Below are positions 38,964 through 49,497 of a DNA stretch of 64,000 bases, one piece after another. Numbering within the stretch: position 1 is the first letter of the stretch; every line of letters begins with the position of its first letter. Origin of the DNA: Terriglobia bacterium (GTDB lineage: Bacteria > Acidobacteriota > Terriglobia > 20CM-2-55-15); NCBI GenBank assembly GCA_965218585.1, contig CBDCLE010000012.1:128001-192000 (forward strand), written 5' to 3'. The position numbers were made by a program, and so were the translations under genes. Under the pieces are notes generated by a model, which searched no databases, had not been told where the DNA came from, and saw only the letters and a program-made list of their open reading frames with translations.

Positions 38964-40829
38964 CGCATTGACTCATTGAAAATGTTACCGAACTGAGGTT
39001 GTTGCCTCATTAGAAATGTTACCCAACTCTATGAGAACGGAGGTGGGAAGTGAGGACACACATGACTGTTGCGGCAAGGCGAGAATTAGCTCTACGAACG
39101 GCGGTTCGCTACAAGAATGCGGCGCGACCGGAGAAGAAGCGAATCCTGGATGAGTTCCTTGAATCGACCGGGTTCCATCGGAAGCACGCGACACGGCTTC
39201 TGAACGACATTCTGAGGGGCGAACGGCCCCGACGGCAACCGCGCGGCCGGGTCCGTCGATACGGCCCCGCGGTGCAGGCCGCCCTGATCGCGGCCTGGCG
39301 CACAGTCAATGATGTCTGTGGCAAACGGCTCGTTCCGTTTCTGCCGGAGCTGATCCCGACCATGGAGCGTCACGGGCATCTGTCATTGTCTGATAAAACG
39401 CGGGCGGATCTGCTTGAGCTGAGCGCCGCCACGGCTGATCGGATCTTCCGTCAATTCCGATTCGATCATCGACCGCACGGCAAGACCACCACCAAGTCCG
39501 GACAGTTACTCAAACACCGCGTTCCGATTCGCACATTCGCCGACTGGGCGGACACGCGGCCGGGATTCATGGAAGCGGGACTTGGTTGCACACTGCGGCG
39601 GGAACTCGGAAGGCCCTTTCCTCCACACCCTGGTACTGACCGACGTGGCGACCGGCTGGACCGAATGTCTGGCGTTGCTACGGCGTACGGAGGCGGACAT
39701 TCTGCAGGCGCTCACGACGGCACGGCAGATCCTTCCGTTTCAGCTTGTCGGCCTGGACACGGATAACGGTTCCGAGTTCATGAACTACGGACTCCTCGCC
39801 TACTGCGAGCGTGAAACGATTCAATTCACCCGAGGCCGGGCGCGCCGGAAGAACGACCAGTGCTTCGTCGAACAGAAGAACGGCTCGATCGTCCGCCAAT
39901 TGGTCGGCTACGACCGCTACGAAGGCTCACTGGCATACAGGCAGCTTGCCGAGCTCTACCGAGTGGTCCGGCTCTACGTGAACTTCTTCCAGCCGTCCAT
40001 GAAGCTCACGACGAAGACTCGCGATGGATCCCGGGTGACGAAACGCTACGATATCGCGCAAACACCCTATCAACGGCTCTCGAATTCGGATGCGCTCGAC
40101 CCGGAGGTTCGCGTTCGCCTTGCTGCGATTTATGAACGTTCGGATCCGGTCGATCTCCTACGACAGCTTGAGAAACTCCAGGATGCATTCTGGAGACATG
40201 CGAAGGAACTGGCCTCTCCCACGCTAACGGACGACATCGTGCGCGCCGCCCTTGTGTCCCCGAACTGCGACGCAGATGCAGACCGAGCCCCGATTGAGGC
40301 GGAACTCCCCGATCCCGGCTTCGAGCAACGAATCACGCGTCGGTATCGCAAAACACGGAAACAACCTGTGCCCCACACCTGGCGTACTCGCCCGGACCCG
40401 TTCGACGGCGTCTGGGAGGAGATGCGGTCATGGCTTGAATCCGATCCCGGGCGAACATCAAAGTCGCTGTTGCTTGAGCTTCAGCAGCGGCACCCGGGAC
40501 GTTACCCCAACGGTCAGTTACGGACCCTGCAGCGGCGCGTGCGCGAATGGCGGCGTCAGATTCTGGAGACTTTCGATGGCGAGTGGCTCGAACTGGATCG
40601 GGTCCGCCCGGCTTCAGCATCTGCGGGCGACGGGGGCTGTGGAAAAGGCGGTCGCCCCGCGACCTTGGGAAACTCGAAGAGTTTCCCACTTTCCCACAGC
40701 CTCGACGGCGGGAAGAACTCTCCCGTTTGACCGGTCGTTCGGTAACATTTTCGATGAGGCAACAACCCTCAGTTCGGTAACATTTTTAAATGAGGCAATA
40801 CGGCCGGGAGTTTTGATTGTCGCTGATCA
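38964..40829 (+). mobile_element. IS21-like/ISNCY DDE element, copy B; outer 27 bp of the left end missing
   Basis: Inverted near-identical copy of 14005-15860. The right end ...GCTGATCA is followed by CTGGCC. Confidence 0.9.
39050..40730 (+). pseudogene. rve/DDE transposase, +1 frameshift near 39577
   Basis: GAAGCGGGACTT here versus GAAGCGGACTT in copy A. Confidence 0.85.
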
Positions 40830-40863
40830 CTGGCCTGTCTTTCCAGAAGTCAACGTCGCTCAT
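40830..40863 (-). pseudogene. rfbG: Displaced 5' end of rfbG (MSDVDFWKDRP)
   Basis: ATG 2 bp after the rfbF stop. It joins in frame to DRPVLITGHAG at 15857 through the shared GGCCAG. Confidence 0.85.
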
Positions 40864-40865
40864 CG

Positions 40866-41627
40866 TCAACTCCACGGTGCCTGGCCTGACGACCAGAGGT
40901 TTTCCAATAGCAGTTTGTCGCGTAACGTATCCATCGGCAGCCAGAACCCTTCGTGAGAATACGCGGTCAATTGGTCCTCGGCCGCCAATCGCTCTAGCGG
41001 TTCGCGCTCCAGATTCACGTCTTCGCCCAGGTACTTGAAGACTCCCGGCTCAAAAACGAAAAACCCTCCGTTTATCCAACCCCGGTCGACCTGCGGCTTT
41101 TCGACAAACTGATTGACCCGCTTCCCGTCAAGAGTTAGGCGACCAAACCGTGCGGGAGGATGAACTGCAGTGACCGTCGCAAGACGACCTTGCTCTCGGT
41201 GAACATCGAGAAGTTGTGGGATGTCGACGTCTGAAACACCATCGCCATATGTCAGAAAGAAAGGATCATCCCCAAGGTATTTTTTCAACCGCAACAGACG
41301 GCCAGCAGTTGGTGTGTCCAATCCCGTGTCGACGACCGTTACCCTCCAATCGTAACCCTCGACCTTTCTTGTAGTCTGATGGGATCCTCCACCCAGATCG
41401 ACCTCTAAATCACTGTTGTGGAGCACGAAATTCTGGAAGTAGTCCTTGATCATCCAGTTCTTGTAACCCGAAGCTATGATGAAGTTAGTCAAGCCGTGCT
41501 TCCCATATATTTTCATGACGTGCAAAAGGATGGGCATTCCGCCAATTTCGATCATCGGCTTCGGTCGAATGTCCGTCTCTTCGGCAAATCGCGTCCCCCG
41601 ACCTCCAGCAAGAATGACAACGTTCAT
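40866..41627 (-). CDS. rfbF: Glucose-1-phosphate cytidylyltransferase
   Basis: ILAGGRGTR, PKPMIEIG, LTYGDG, INGGFF and MDTLRDK motifs. Confidence 0.95.
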   Translation of the reverse strand: MNVVILAGGRGTRFAEETDIRPKPMIEIGGMPILLHVMKIYGKHGLTNFIIASGYKNWMIKDYFQNFVLHNSDLEVDLGGGSHQTTRKVEGYDWRVTVVDTGLDTPTAGRLLRLKKYLGDDPFFLTYGDGVSDVDIPQLLDVHREQGRLATVTAVHPPARFGRLTLDGKRVNQFVEKPQVDRGWINGGFFVFEPGVFKYLGEDVNLEREPLERLAAEDQLTAYSHEGFWLPMDTLRDKLLLENLWSSGQAPWS

Positions 41628-41725
41628 GTCCTAACCATCCAATAACAAAAAGTGTCGATCCGCAAGATCTCGCGAACGAATCGAAAAAATTCCGATCATC
41701 ATGTATGCCCGGCTCGAAGCTGGTG

Positions 41726-43090
41726 GAGGTCATTACAAAAGGTGTGTAAAAGTCATCAGGCGGCGGCCTTCGATTTCATCACGACTCTGATGCCGTCAGC
41801 GAATTGCTGACCATCATAGACCTCTTGTAAGAGTTCGGATCCTTTTAAGTGTCGCCAAGCCTTCTCAGCGACACGTAGTAGCTTCCAGATCATTGCCGTT
41901 GCATTCTCGACACGCTTGAATCGGCGAGCGGCGTTGGTGCGGAGGCGAACCATGTCGAAGGGCGACTCGACGATGTTGGTCGTTCTAAGATGCACCCAGT
42001 GTTGTTTCGGGAACTCATAGAAAGTGATCATCCGGTCCCAGTCCCGCAACAGCGTCTCAGCCGCTTTGGGATAGTTCTTCTCATATCGGCGGACGAACTG
42101 ATCCCGCTTTCGTTCGCAGGCCGCGCGGGAGTTCGCGAAGGCCATCCCATGGAGCAGCTGTCTGGCCGCGGGCTGCTCGGTCTTCGGCAGATGATCGACC
42201 ACGTTGATCGACTTGTGGTTCCAGCAGCGTTGTTCCTGGCCCTGGGGCTGTTGCTCGGCCAGCGCGGACCAGATGCCCAGGTGACCGTCCGCGACAGTCA
42301 GCCGTCCCAGCTTCAGGCCCCGTCTCTGGAGATTGCGCAGAATGCGGCTCCAGGACTCCTTGCTTTCCCGCTGCCCGCTCTCACAGGCCAACAGCACTTT
42401 GCGCCCGTCTGACAAGGCTCCGATGATCACCAGCAATGCCGCTCGCTCTTTCGCGATCCCCGCTTTCACGTACAAGCCGTCTGCCCACTGGTACACGACC
42501 TCGAGGCCGGACAGGTCCTGCTGGACCCACTCGTCATACTCCAACTGCCAGGTCGATTTCAGTCGTTGGATCGATGCTCGCGACAACGGAGCGCCAGCGC
42601 CAAGCAGTCCGCGCATGGCCTGCTCGAAGTCCCCTGTGGCCAGACCGTGGAGGTAGAGATCGGGAAGTAGCTCGCCCAGCTGTTTCGATTTCCGTCGAAA
42701 ATACGGCAGGATCTGACTCTCGAACCGCTCGGCGGTGTTTCGAACCCGAGGTCGTCGAACCTCCATCGTACCGTTCATCATTGCGAAGCGTCGCGGCTTC
42801 CCGTGACCGTTCCGGTATCCTCGTCGATTCGGACTCCGCTCCGACTTTTCCCGACCCAGAAATTGAGTGACTTCGTCCTCGAGCAGCTCCTGTAGCCAGA
42901 CTTGGACCCGGGATCGCGCCCAGTCCTCCAAACCTTCATACGCGTTCGTTGACGCCACTGATGCCGGTATGTTCTTCTTCTTCATGGGTGGTGTACCTTT
43001 CTCCCGATTGCTGCCGGGATTGCTTACGGTTTCGAATTCACCGAAAGCGTACACCGCCTTCTCTTTTTACACACCGATTGGAACGACCTC
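41726..43090 (-). mobile_element. IS256-family insertion sequence, copy 4 (no target duplication)
   Basis: Same terminal repeats. Flanks AGCTGGTG and CAGCTGCC do not match. Confidence 0.95.
41756..42985 (-). CDS. IS256-family transposase
   Basis: Near-identical to the other copies. Confidence 0.95.
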   Translation of the reverse strand: MKKKNIPASVASTNAYEGLEDWARSRVQVWLQELLEDEVTQFLGREKSERSPNRRGYRNGHGKPRRFAMMNGTMEVRRPRVRNTAERFESQILPYFRRKSKQLGELLPDLYLHGLATGDFEQAMRGLLGAGAPLSRASIQRLKSTWQLEYDEWVQQDLSGLEVVYQWADGLYVKAGIAKERAALLVIIGALSDGRKVLLACESGQRESKESWSRILRNLQRRGLKLGRLTVADGHLGIWSALAEQQPQGQEQRCWNHKSINVVDHLPKTEQPAARQLLHGMAFANSRAACERKRDQFVRRYEKNYPKAAETLLRDWDRMITFYEFPKQHWVHLRTTNIVESPFDMVRLRTNAARRFKRVENATAMIWKLLRVAEKAWRHLKGSELLQEVYDGQQFADGIRVVMKSKAAA

Positions 43091-43230
43091 CAGCTGCCTT
43101 TGAAAACAATTCGGCAGAAAATTTTCATCAACTCAAGAACGAATGCATGAAAGCCATATTCCATCGGTGGCCGATATGGCGACCTCGATGATAGACTAAG
43201 CTTGCCCTTGTCCCAGACAACTTAGGTCTC

Positions 43231-45635
43231 TTGCCACCACTAGTTCGTCCCCTCATCGCGCTCGCTACGGGAATTGTTGCGTCTCCCTATATCGACATTT
43301 CCTACGCGTGGATAGCGCTTCCCTTAGCTTGTCTCGTTTCGATTATTCGACCCAGGTGGACGCTGATTCCCGTTTTCCTGTTAGGAGGGATTCTCACCTC
43401 TCGTCAGGAAACACGGCCTCCAGGGATTCCCGATGACGGGTATCCGCGGCGCGTCGTCGCCCGACTCGAACACGCTCCCGAATACCGCGCTCCCGGCTAC
43501 TACCTGAACGTCCAGATTCTGTCTGTCGGTGAGACTGAATGGTGGGGAGGGGCACGACTCTCCTACTTTCCGGCAGACGAAGATCTCGAACGACTCTTTC
43601 ATCAACTCGATCTGGGTGCCGGAGACCGGATCGAAGTCCTCGTCCGTCTTCGCCCACCTAACTCGTATCGAAATCCGGGTGCTTTCAACTACCGGCAGTA
43701 TCTCGAGCGCCAGGGCATCTACTGGACGGGGTCCGTCCGCAACCCGCGGTTGATCGAGGTCCGCGACCGGGGTTGGCACGGAAACGACAAGCTGAGGACA
43801 TGGGTCACCCAGCGCATCGGCAGCCACTTTGAAGACGGCAGCACGGCCGAGGCCCTGGTCCTTGGAATGGTATTGGGACAGCAACGACGTCTGCCCCCTG
43901 ACGCCGCGCGAAAGTTCCGATCGGCGGGACTGATTCATCTGCTTGTCGTTTCGGGGTTCAATCTGGCCCTGGTCGCCGCCCTAGCGCTTTGGCTGGGACG
44001 ACGACTCCCCTTCGGGCGATACCAGAGAACGGGGAGTCTCCTCTTCGCGTTCGTCCTCATCTGGGGATACGCGCTCTTGGTGGAGGGACAGTCCCCTGTC
44101 ATGCGAGCCACCCTCATGGCTAGTCTCATGCTGGCCAGCAGTCTACTGGACCGGGGTTACGCAATCGGAAATGCTCTGGCGGCGACCGCGATCGCAATCC
44201 TGCTCTTCAAACCGCAGACCCTGACCGATCCGAGTTTCCAACTCACGTTTCTAGCAGTCCTGGGAATAATCCTTCTCGCCCTTCCCTGATCCGATGGACA
44301 CTCGGTTGGATTCGTCCGGCCACCCGGCATCTGGACAACCCCGAGATCGACGCTCACCTCCCTCCAGAAATCGCGGACTGGCGCGTTTCCCGACGTCTCC
44401 GGTGCGAATTTTACGGATGGCCCCTCTGGTCGGTCACTGTTCCACTGAGGTTTGGGCTCATTCTGGCCGAGGCACTCCTGGTCACCTGGAGCGTCCAGTC
44501 CCTTCTTCTGCCGCTGACCGTGGAGTCCTATCATCAGGTTTCAGCCGTCACCCTACCCCTTAACGTCGTCGGTGCCCTCGTAGCAGCATGCATCACGCCA
44601 ATGGGGCTGATTTTGATTTTCCTGCCCCACCCCCTTTCGGACTGCGTGTCGGCAATAATGCAGGCCATCCTCGAATTGTTCATCTGGGCTGTGGATGCGG
44701 GACTCGAACTGCCCGGAGGGAGCCTGCGGGTCCCTTCTCCGCCACCGTGGGTCTGGGTCCTTTACCTGGTTCTAATCGCATGCATCACGTGGGCCCTCCA
44801 CCGTCGCTCCGCTTCCGGCGTGATCACAGGAATAGCGCTCGTCTCGATTCTCATACTTCTAATCGGGATCGCGGATTTCTCGCCACCCCCACCGTCCGAT
44901 CCGATTCTGACCTTCATCGACGTGGGTCAGGGAGACTCAACATTGATCGAACTGCCCGGTGGTAAGCGGGTCATCGTGGATGGAGGCGGAGTCGCCTCGG
45001 GTGGCTATCGCTCCCTCAGGAACGAGGGCACTTTTTCGATCGGGGAAGACGTCGTCAGCCCGTACCTGTTCTCGCGGGGATTCCGCCGCCTGGACGCCAT
45101 CGCACTGACGCATGCCCATCACGACCATATGGATGGTCTGTTCGATTTGATTCGCAACTTCGAAATCGGTGAAGTCTGGCTGGGTACGAACCCCCTCGTC
45201 CCCCGGTACCGGGAACTGATCGAGGAGATCCACGGACGCAACATACCGATCCGTTGGCTGGGGACAGGAGACCGGATAGGCCCCTTCCGGGTCCTAAATC
45301 CTCCACGTAACCGGCTCCCGGGATTCCGGGTTCACAACGACGATTCCCTCGTACTGATGCTCGAATGGGAGGGGCGGCGTGCACTTCTGACCGGGGACCT
45401 CGAACGCGATCTGGACGCCCTTCCGGGGTACATCGACGTTCTCAAGGTCCCCCACCACGGAAGCAGGAACACAAAATTACAGGTGCGGGCCCGGCTCCCG
45501 GTGATCTCGGTCGGCGCCAACAACCGCTTCGGGCACCCCGCCCCATCAAAGCTCCCCGCCCTGCGTACGGATCTCCTGGGCGCGATCGAGGTCACCCTCT
45601 CAGCCCCATCCAAAGTCGCCTTCCCCGGTCTTTGA
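43231..45635 (+). pseudogene. comEC: ComEC/Rec2 competence protein, single frameshift near 44286
   Basis: NPGAFNY, GLIHLLVVSGFN and SFQLTF in part 1. DVGQGD, THAHHDH, NDDS and KVPHHGS in part 2. One C appears missing in CTTCCCTG. Confidence 0.88.
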
Positions 45636-45643
45636 AGAAAGAG

Positions 45644-45753
45644 TTCAACCGAGAGACGCAGAGAACGCAGAGAAAGATCTGTTGGTTCAAGAGAAACCGT
45701 TTCTCAGAAAGTACATTTTACGACCTCTGCGTTCTCTGCGCCTCTGCGTTGAA
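45644..45753. repeat. CGCAGAG-unit palindromic element
   Basis: TTCAACCGAGAGACGCAGAGAACGCAGAGA, 51-bp spacer, CTCTGCGTTCTCTGCGCCTCTGCGTTGAA. Confidence 0.9.
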
Positions 45754-45773
45754 AGGTATCTCCTTTCCTGATG

Positions 45774-45802
45774 TTGACTCTGCTGGGGCCGTTGTGTAAC
45801 CT
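45774..45802 (+). promoter_or_regulatory. Putative sigma70 promoter of mltD
   Basis: TTGACT-N17-TAACCT. Confidence 0.45.
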
Positions 45803-45886
45803 AACTTATTGCAGGGCGGCAACTAAGCGAAGAAAGACGCGCTGCCGAGGGATCCTGCTCTTATAAATGAACCACTACATCTAGGG

Positions 45887-47740
45887 GTGTCCTCCTTGGA
45901 TCACAGCTACCGTCAATTTATTTCATCAGCCGTCTTGTGTCTGCCGCTTCTGGCAGCCTGTTCTGGGAGCAACCGTCAGATCACCCAGGCACCGCCACCA
46001 GTGATCGAAACGACGGCACCATCGATCACGGAGGCTTCCGCTCCGACTCGAGATGAAGAAAGCGTCGATCCGCTGGCCGCGGTACTAGTACGGGTACGGG
46101 AACTGACAGAAGGTGGAGACACCAGACGCCGGAAGGGGGATCTTACGCGGGCACGGGAGGATTTCGAGGCCGCACTGGACTTGCTCTGGGATTACTCCCG
46201 TGAACACGACGCTCTGAATTTCGAAGTCGAGCGCGAAATCGACTACCTGGTGGTCTTTCTCGAGACACTACGGGCAGCCGAAGAAAGCGAACCAGCGGCC
46301 ATCGACGATCTGGCCGAATTGGAGACCTCGACAGAAGATCCCGACCCGCGGTTGAGAGAGCGCGTGGAATCGGAAATGGAAGAGCTGGATTCGGACCTCC
46401 CGATCCAGGTTCACGATCGAGTCCTGTCGTTTCTTGAGTATTACGCCGAGGGCAACGGGCGTGGAAGCATCGAACTGGGATTGGAACGCGTCGGCCTGTA
46501 CGGCCCGATGATCCGCCGCATTTTCCAGGAAGAAGGCGTCCCCGAAGACCTGATCTACCTCGCTCAAGCCGAGAGTGCCTTCAAGCCGCATGCCCTTTCG
46601 AGAGCTGCGGCGAAGGGCATGTGGCAGTTCATCTCCGCGCGCGGAGAGGAATACGGGTTACGGCAGACCTGGTGGATTGACGAGCGCTCCGACCCGGAGA
46701 AATCGACCCGGGCCGCCGCGCGACATCTGCGGGACCTCTATGACCGCTTCGGAGACTGGTATCTTGCGATGGCTGCGTACAATTCCGGACCTGCCCGCGT
46801 CAGCCGGGCCATCCGTCGGGCCGGCGTGGCCGATTTCTGGATCCTGGCCGATAGGAACCTGCTTCCCAGGGAGACCCGGAACTACGTCCCCACGATCCTG
46901 GCGATGACCCTGATCGGAAGAGACCCTGCAAGATACGGTTTCGACGTCCAGCCTGCCGCTCCGCTCGAAGTGGAAAGGATTCCAGTGGCGCAGGCCACGG
47001 ACCTGCGGATCATCGCTGACGGTCTTGAGCTGCCATTGGAAACGATCGAGGAACTAAATCCCCACGTCCTGAGATGGGCCACCCCGCCCGATGACGACGA
47101 GTTCGAATTGGTTCTGCCCGCCGGGTACGGGGATCTTTTCGCCGAGAAGATCGCTTCGCTGGGGGAGAGAGACCGTCTCCGGTTCCAATACCACGTCGTC
47201 TCAAACGGTGAAACCCTCTCTCACCTTTCCGAGCGATATGGTGTCGCGATTTCAGCTATCAGTGAAACCAACCGCCTCAACAGTCAACACATGATCCGGG
47301 TAGGACAATCGTTAATCATCCCGCTGAGCGGAATTCCCGTGCCCGAAACTGCAACTGCGGACCTCGCCCCACCCACCCAGACTCCACCCGATGTCTACAG
47401 GGTCCGCACCGGAGACACGTTATCGGAAATTGCTGAGAGCTTCGGGGTGAGCGCCACCGACATCAGGGCTTGGAACGGTATGTCCTCAAACGTATTGATC
47501 GCCGGAGACACTTTGCGGCTAACTCCGACCGAGGACACCCCCCAGGTCGCTGCACGAGGCTCGGGTGGGGGTGCCAGCGTTGTCTACAATGTCCGTTCCG
47601 GAGACACGTTGAGCGAGATCGCGTCATCCTACAGAACCTCAGTCGCTGCCATCCGTACCTGGAATCTGGAACGAGATCTCAGCGTCATCCGGCCGGGCGA
47701 TGAGATCACGATCTACTGCACGACCGAGACTATTTGCTGA
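45887..47740 (+). CDS. mltD: Lipoprotein lytic transglycosylase with three LysM domains
   Basis: Lipobox LAAC, AES, AKGMWQF, DERSDP, AAYNSG and ETRNYV motifs, then three GxTLS LysM repeats. Confidence 0.9.
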   Translation: MSSLDHSYRQFISSAVLCLPLLAACSGSNRQITQAPPPVIETTAPSITEASAPTRDEESVDPLAAVLVRVRELTEGGDTRRRKGDLTRAREDFEAALDLLWDYSREHDALNFEVEREIDYLVVFLETLRAAEESEPAAIDDLAELETSTEDPDPRLRERVESEMEELDSDLPIQVHDRVLSFLEYYAEGNGRGSIELGLERVGLYGPMIRRIFQEEGVPEDLIYLAQAESAFKPHALSRAAAKGMWQFISARGEEYGLRQTWWIDERSDPEKSTRAAARHLRDLYDRFGDWYLAMAAYNSGPARVSRAIRRAGVADFWILADRNLLPRETRNYVPTILAMTLIGRDPARYGFDVQPAAPLEVERIPVAQATDLRIIADGLELPLETIEELNPHVLRWATPPDDDEFELVLPAGYGDLFAEKIASLGERDRLRFQYHVVSNGETLSHLSERYGVAISAISETNRLNSQHMIRVGQSLIIPLSGIPVPETATADLAPPTQTPPDVYRVRTGDTLSEIAESFGVSATDIRAWNGMSSNVLIAGDTLRLTPTEDTPQVAARGSGGGASVVYNVRSGDTLSEIASSYRTSVAAIRTWNLERDLSVIRPGDEITIYCTTETIC

Positions 47741-47898
47741 GCGTCTTCCTGTCCCGCGGTGTCTTTAAGAAGTAGCTTTCGAACAGGAATCGGACGGCTA
47801 CGGATATAAGATGTTTGCTTTCAATCACTTAAATATTTGACATCCGAGTGGCCCGATGCCGGGGACGGGACGTAGTAAATTATCAAGAATTCTTATTT

Positions 47899-47921
47899 AA
47901 CTTTTTACAGCTGGGGGCGTC
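47899..47921 (+). promoter_or_regulatory. Putative ECF-sigma autoregulatory promoter
   Basis: AAC-N16-CGTC ending 12 bp upstream of the ECF sigma start. Confidence 0.5.
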
Positions 47922-47933
47922 AAAACCCCTGAA

Positions 47934-48557
47934 ATGGACACGATTACGTTGAAACGGGCTCCCAAGACAGAAGCCGAAACCCAGGAAGAGCGGTTACTGG
48001 TCGAACAGGCTCAAGCGGGCGATCGGGAAGCCTTTGAACAATTGGTTTACCGCCATGATCGTGATATTTTGCGCCTTGCATTTCACATGCTTGGCAACCG
48101 CGAAGAGGCGCGGGAAGTCTTTCAGGACACATTTCTGAAAGCTTACCGCTCGCTCGGGCGATTTCGGTCCGAGTCCAGCTTCTACACGTGGATCTATCGG
48201 ATCGCAACGAACGTTGCTCTGGATCGTCTCCGCAAACGGCAGACGCTGCGCGAGGAGATATCCTACGAGGCCGACACCGAAGCACATCCGGATCGGCCGG
48301 CATTGAAAGATACGCTCGAGGAGAAGAGCTACTACAGCAATCCCGAACGGCGTCTCTACGGCCGGGAAGTCGGCGAACGGATCCAGGAAGCATTGGGAAC
48401 ATTATCAGAAAAGGAACGCCTGGTTTTTGAGTTGCGGCATTATCAGGGCTTGAGACTGCGGATGATCGGTGAAATCATGGGCAGCACCGAAGAGACCGCG
48501 AAAAATTATCTCTTCCGGGCCACTCAAAAGTTGAGAGCTCATCTGACCGAGATATAA
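47934..48557 (+). CDS. ECF RNA polymerase sigma factor
   Basis: GDREAFEQLV, QDTFLKAY, FYTWIYRIATN and a region 4 helix-turn-helix. Confidence 0.93.
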   Translation: MDTITLKRAPKTEAETQEERLLVEQAQAGDREAFEQLVYRHDRDILRLAFHMLGNREEAREVFQDTFLKAYRSLGRFRSESSFYTWIYRIATNVALDRLRKRQTLREEISYEADTEAHPDRPALKDTLEEKSYYSNPERRLYGREVGERIQEALGTLSEKERLVFELRHYQGLRLRMIGEIMGSTEETAKNYLFRATQKLRAHLTEI

Positions 48558-48579
48558 TGTTGCCCATCGAAAAAACACT

Positions 48580-49497
48580 ATGAACTGTCGAGAGCGCCAA
48601 CACGACATCGTCCTGTTTCTTTACGACGAATTAGGGATCGATAGTCGAAACGAACTGCGCACCCACATGGACACATGTGCCGAGTGCCTCCAATTCCACG
48701 AGAATGAAAAACAGGTCCACCTTCGCCTGACTGAGGATTTTTCCGAATGGGAAGTCCCAGCGGATCTGCTAATGGAATCCCGGCGAAGTCTGTCGGACGA
48801 GCTGGACCGGATCGAAGAGAAACGGTGGCGTTGGCGGATGCCGGCCCTCGTTCCCTCCTTCCTGAGGATCCGCTTGCTGGAATCTGCCACGCTCGTATCG
48901 ATTGGATTGGCCCTGGGCGTTTATATGATGAACGAAAGGCCACTCCCCGCCGAACAGAACCAAGTCGCCATGATCCCCACCGCAATTCCCGAAGGTGCTA
49001 CTGTTTCGAACCTGAGAATTACCGACGCCGATCCGGCAACCGGACGGGTGCAACTGGCCGGAGATGTCGTGCAGCCGATAGAACTCCAGGGGAATGTCGA
49101 AGATCCCAACGTGCGAGATCTGTTGTTCAGCGCCTTGCGTGCCGAGGGGAACCCCGGTGCCCGGCTTCGGGCGACCGAACTCCTGTCTACGAACCCGCGG
49201 GATCCCAGCGTGAAAGAAATTCTGATCGGCGTTCTCTTGAGTGATGACAACATTGGCGTGCGGCTCCAGGCATTGGAAGGGTTGCAGTCTTTCGCGGACC
49301 AGGATGACGTTCGCCAGGCTCTGATTTATTCTCTCGAAAACGATCAGAATCCGGGCATGCGAGTCAAAGCCATCGAAGCCCTGACTCCTTTGACGGCGGA
49401 TGAAGCGATGGAAGGGATCGTTCAGGAAGCTATTCGAGACGATCCGAACGCCTACGTCACGATGCGGGCGTTGCAGTTTGTAGGAACCGGAAATTGA
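48580..49497 (+). CDS. Zinc-finger anti-sigma factor with HEAT repeats
   Basis: HMDTCAEC (HxxxCxxC), a transmembrane helix, and repeated (D/G)xNPGxRLxA units. Confidence 0.85.
   Translation: MNCRERQHDIVLFLYDELGIDSRNELRTHMDTCAECLQFHENEKQVHLRLTEDFSEWEVPADLLMESRRSLSDELDRIEEKRWRWRMPALVPSFLRIRLLESATLVSIGLALGVYMMNERPLPAEQNQVAMIPTAIPEGATVSNLRITDADPATGRVQLAGDVVQPIELQGNVEDPNVRDLLFSALRAEGNPGARLRATELLSTNPRDPSVKEILIGVLLSDDNIGVRLQALEGLQSFADQDDVRQALIYSLENDQNPGMRVKAIEALTPLTADEAMEGIVQEAIRDDPNAYVTMRALQFVGTGN

Noticed and set aside
917-43090. IS256 copies 1 and 4 as ends of a 42-kb composite element
   Set aside because: The outer flanks (TCCTACAG, CAGCTGCC) do not form a target duplication.
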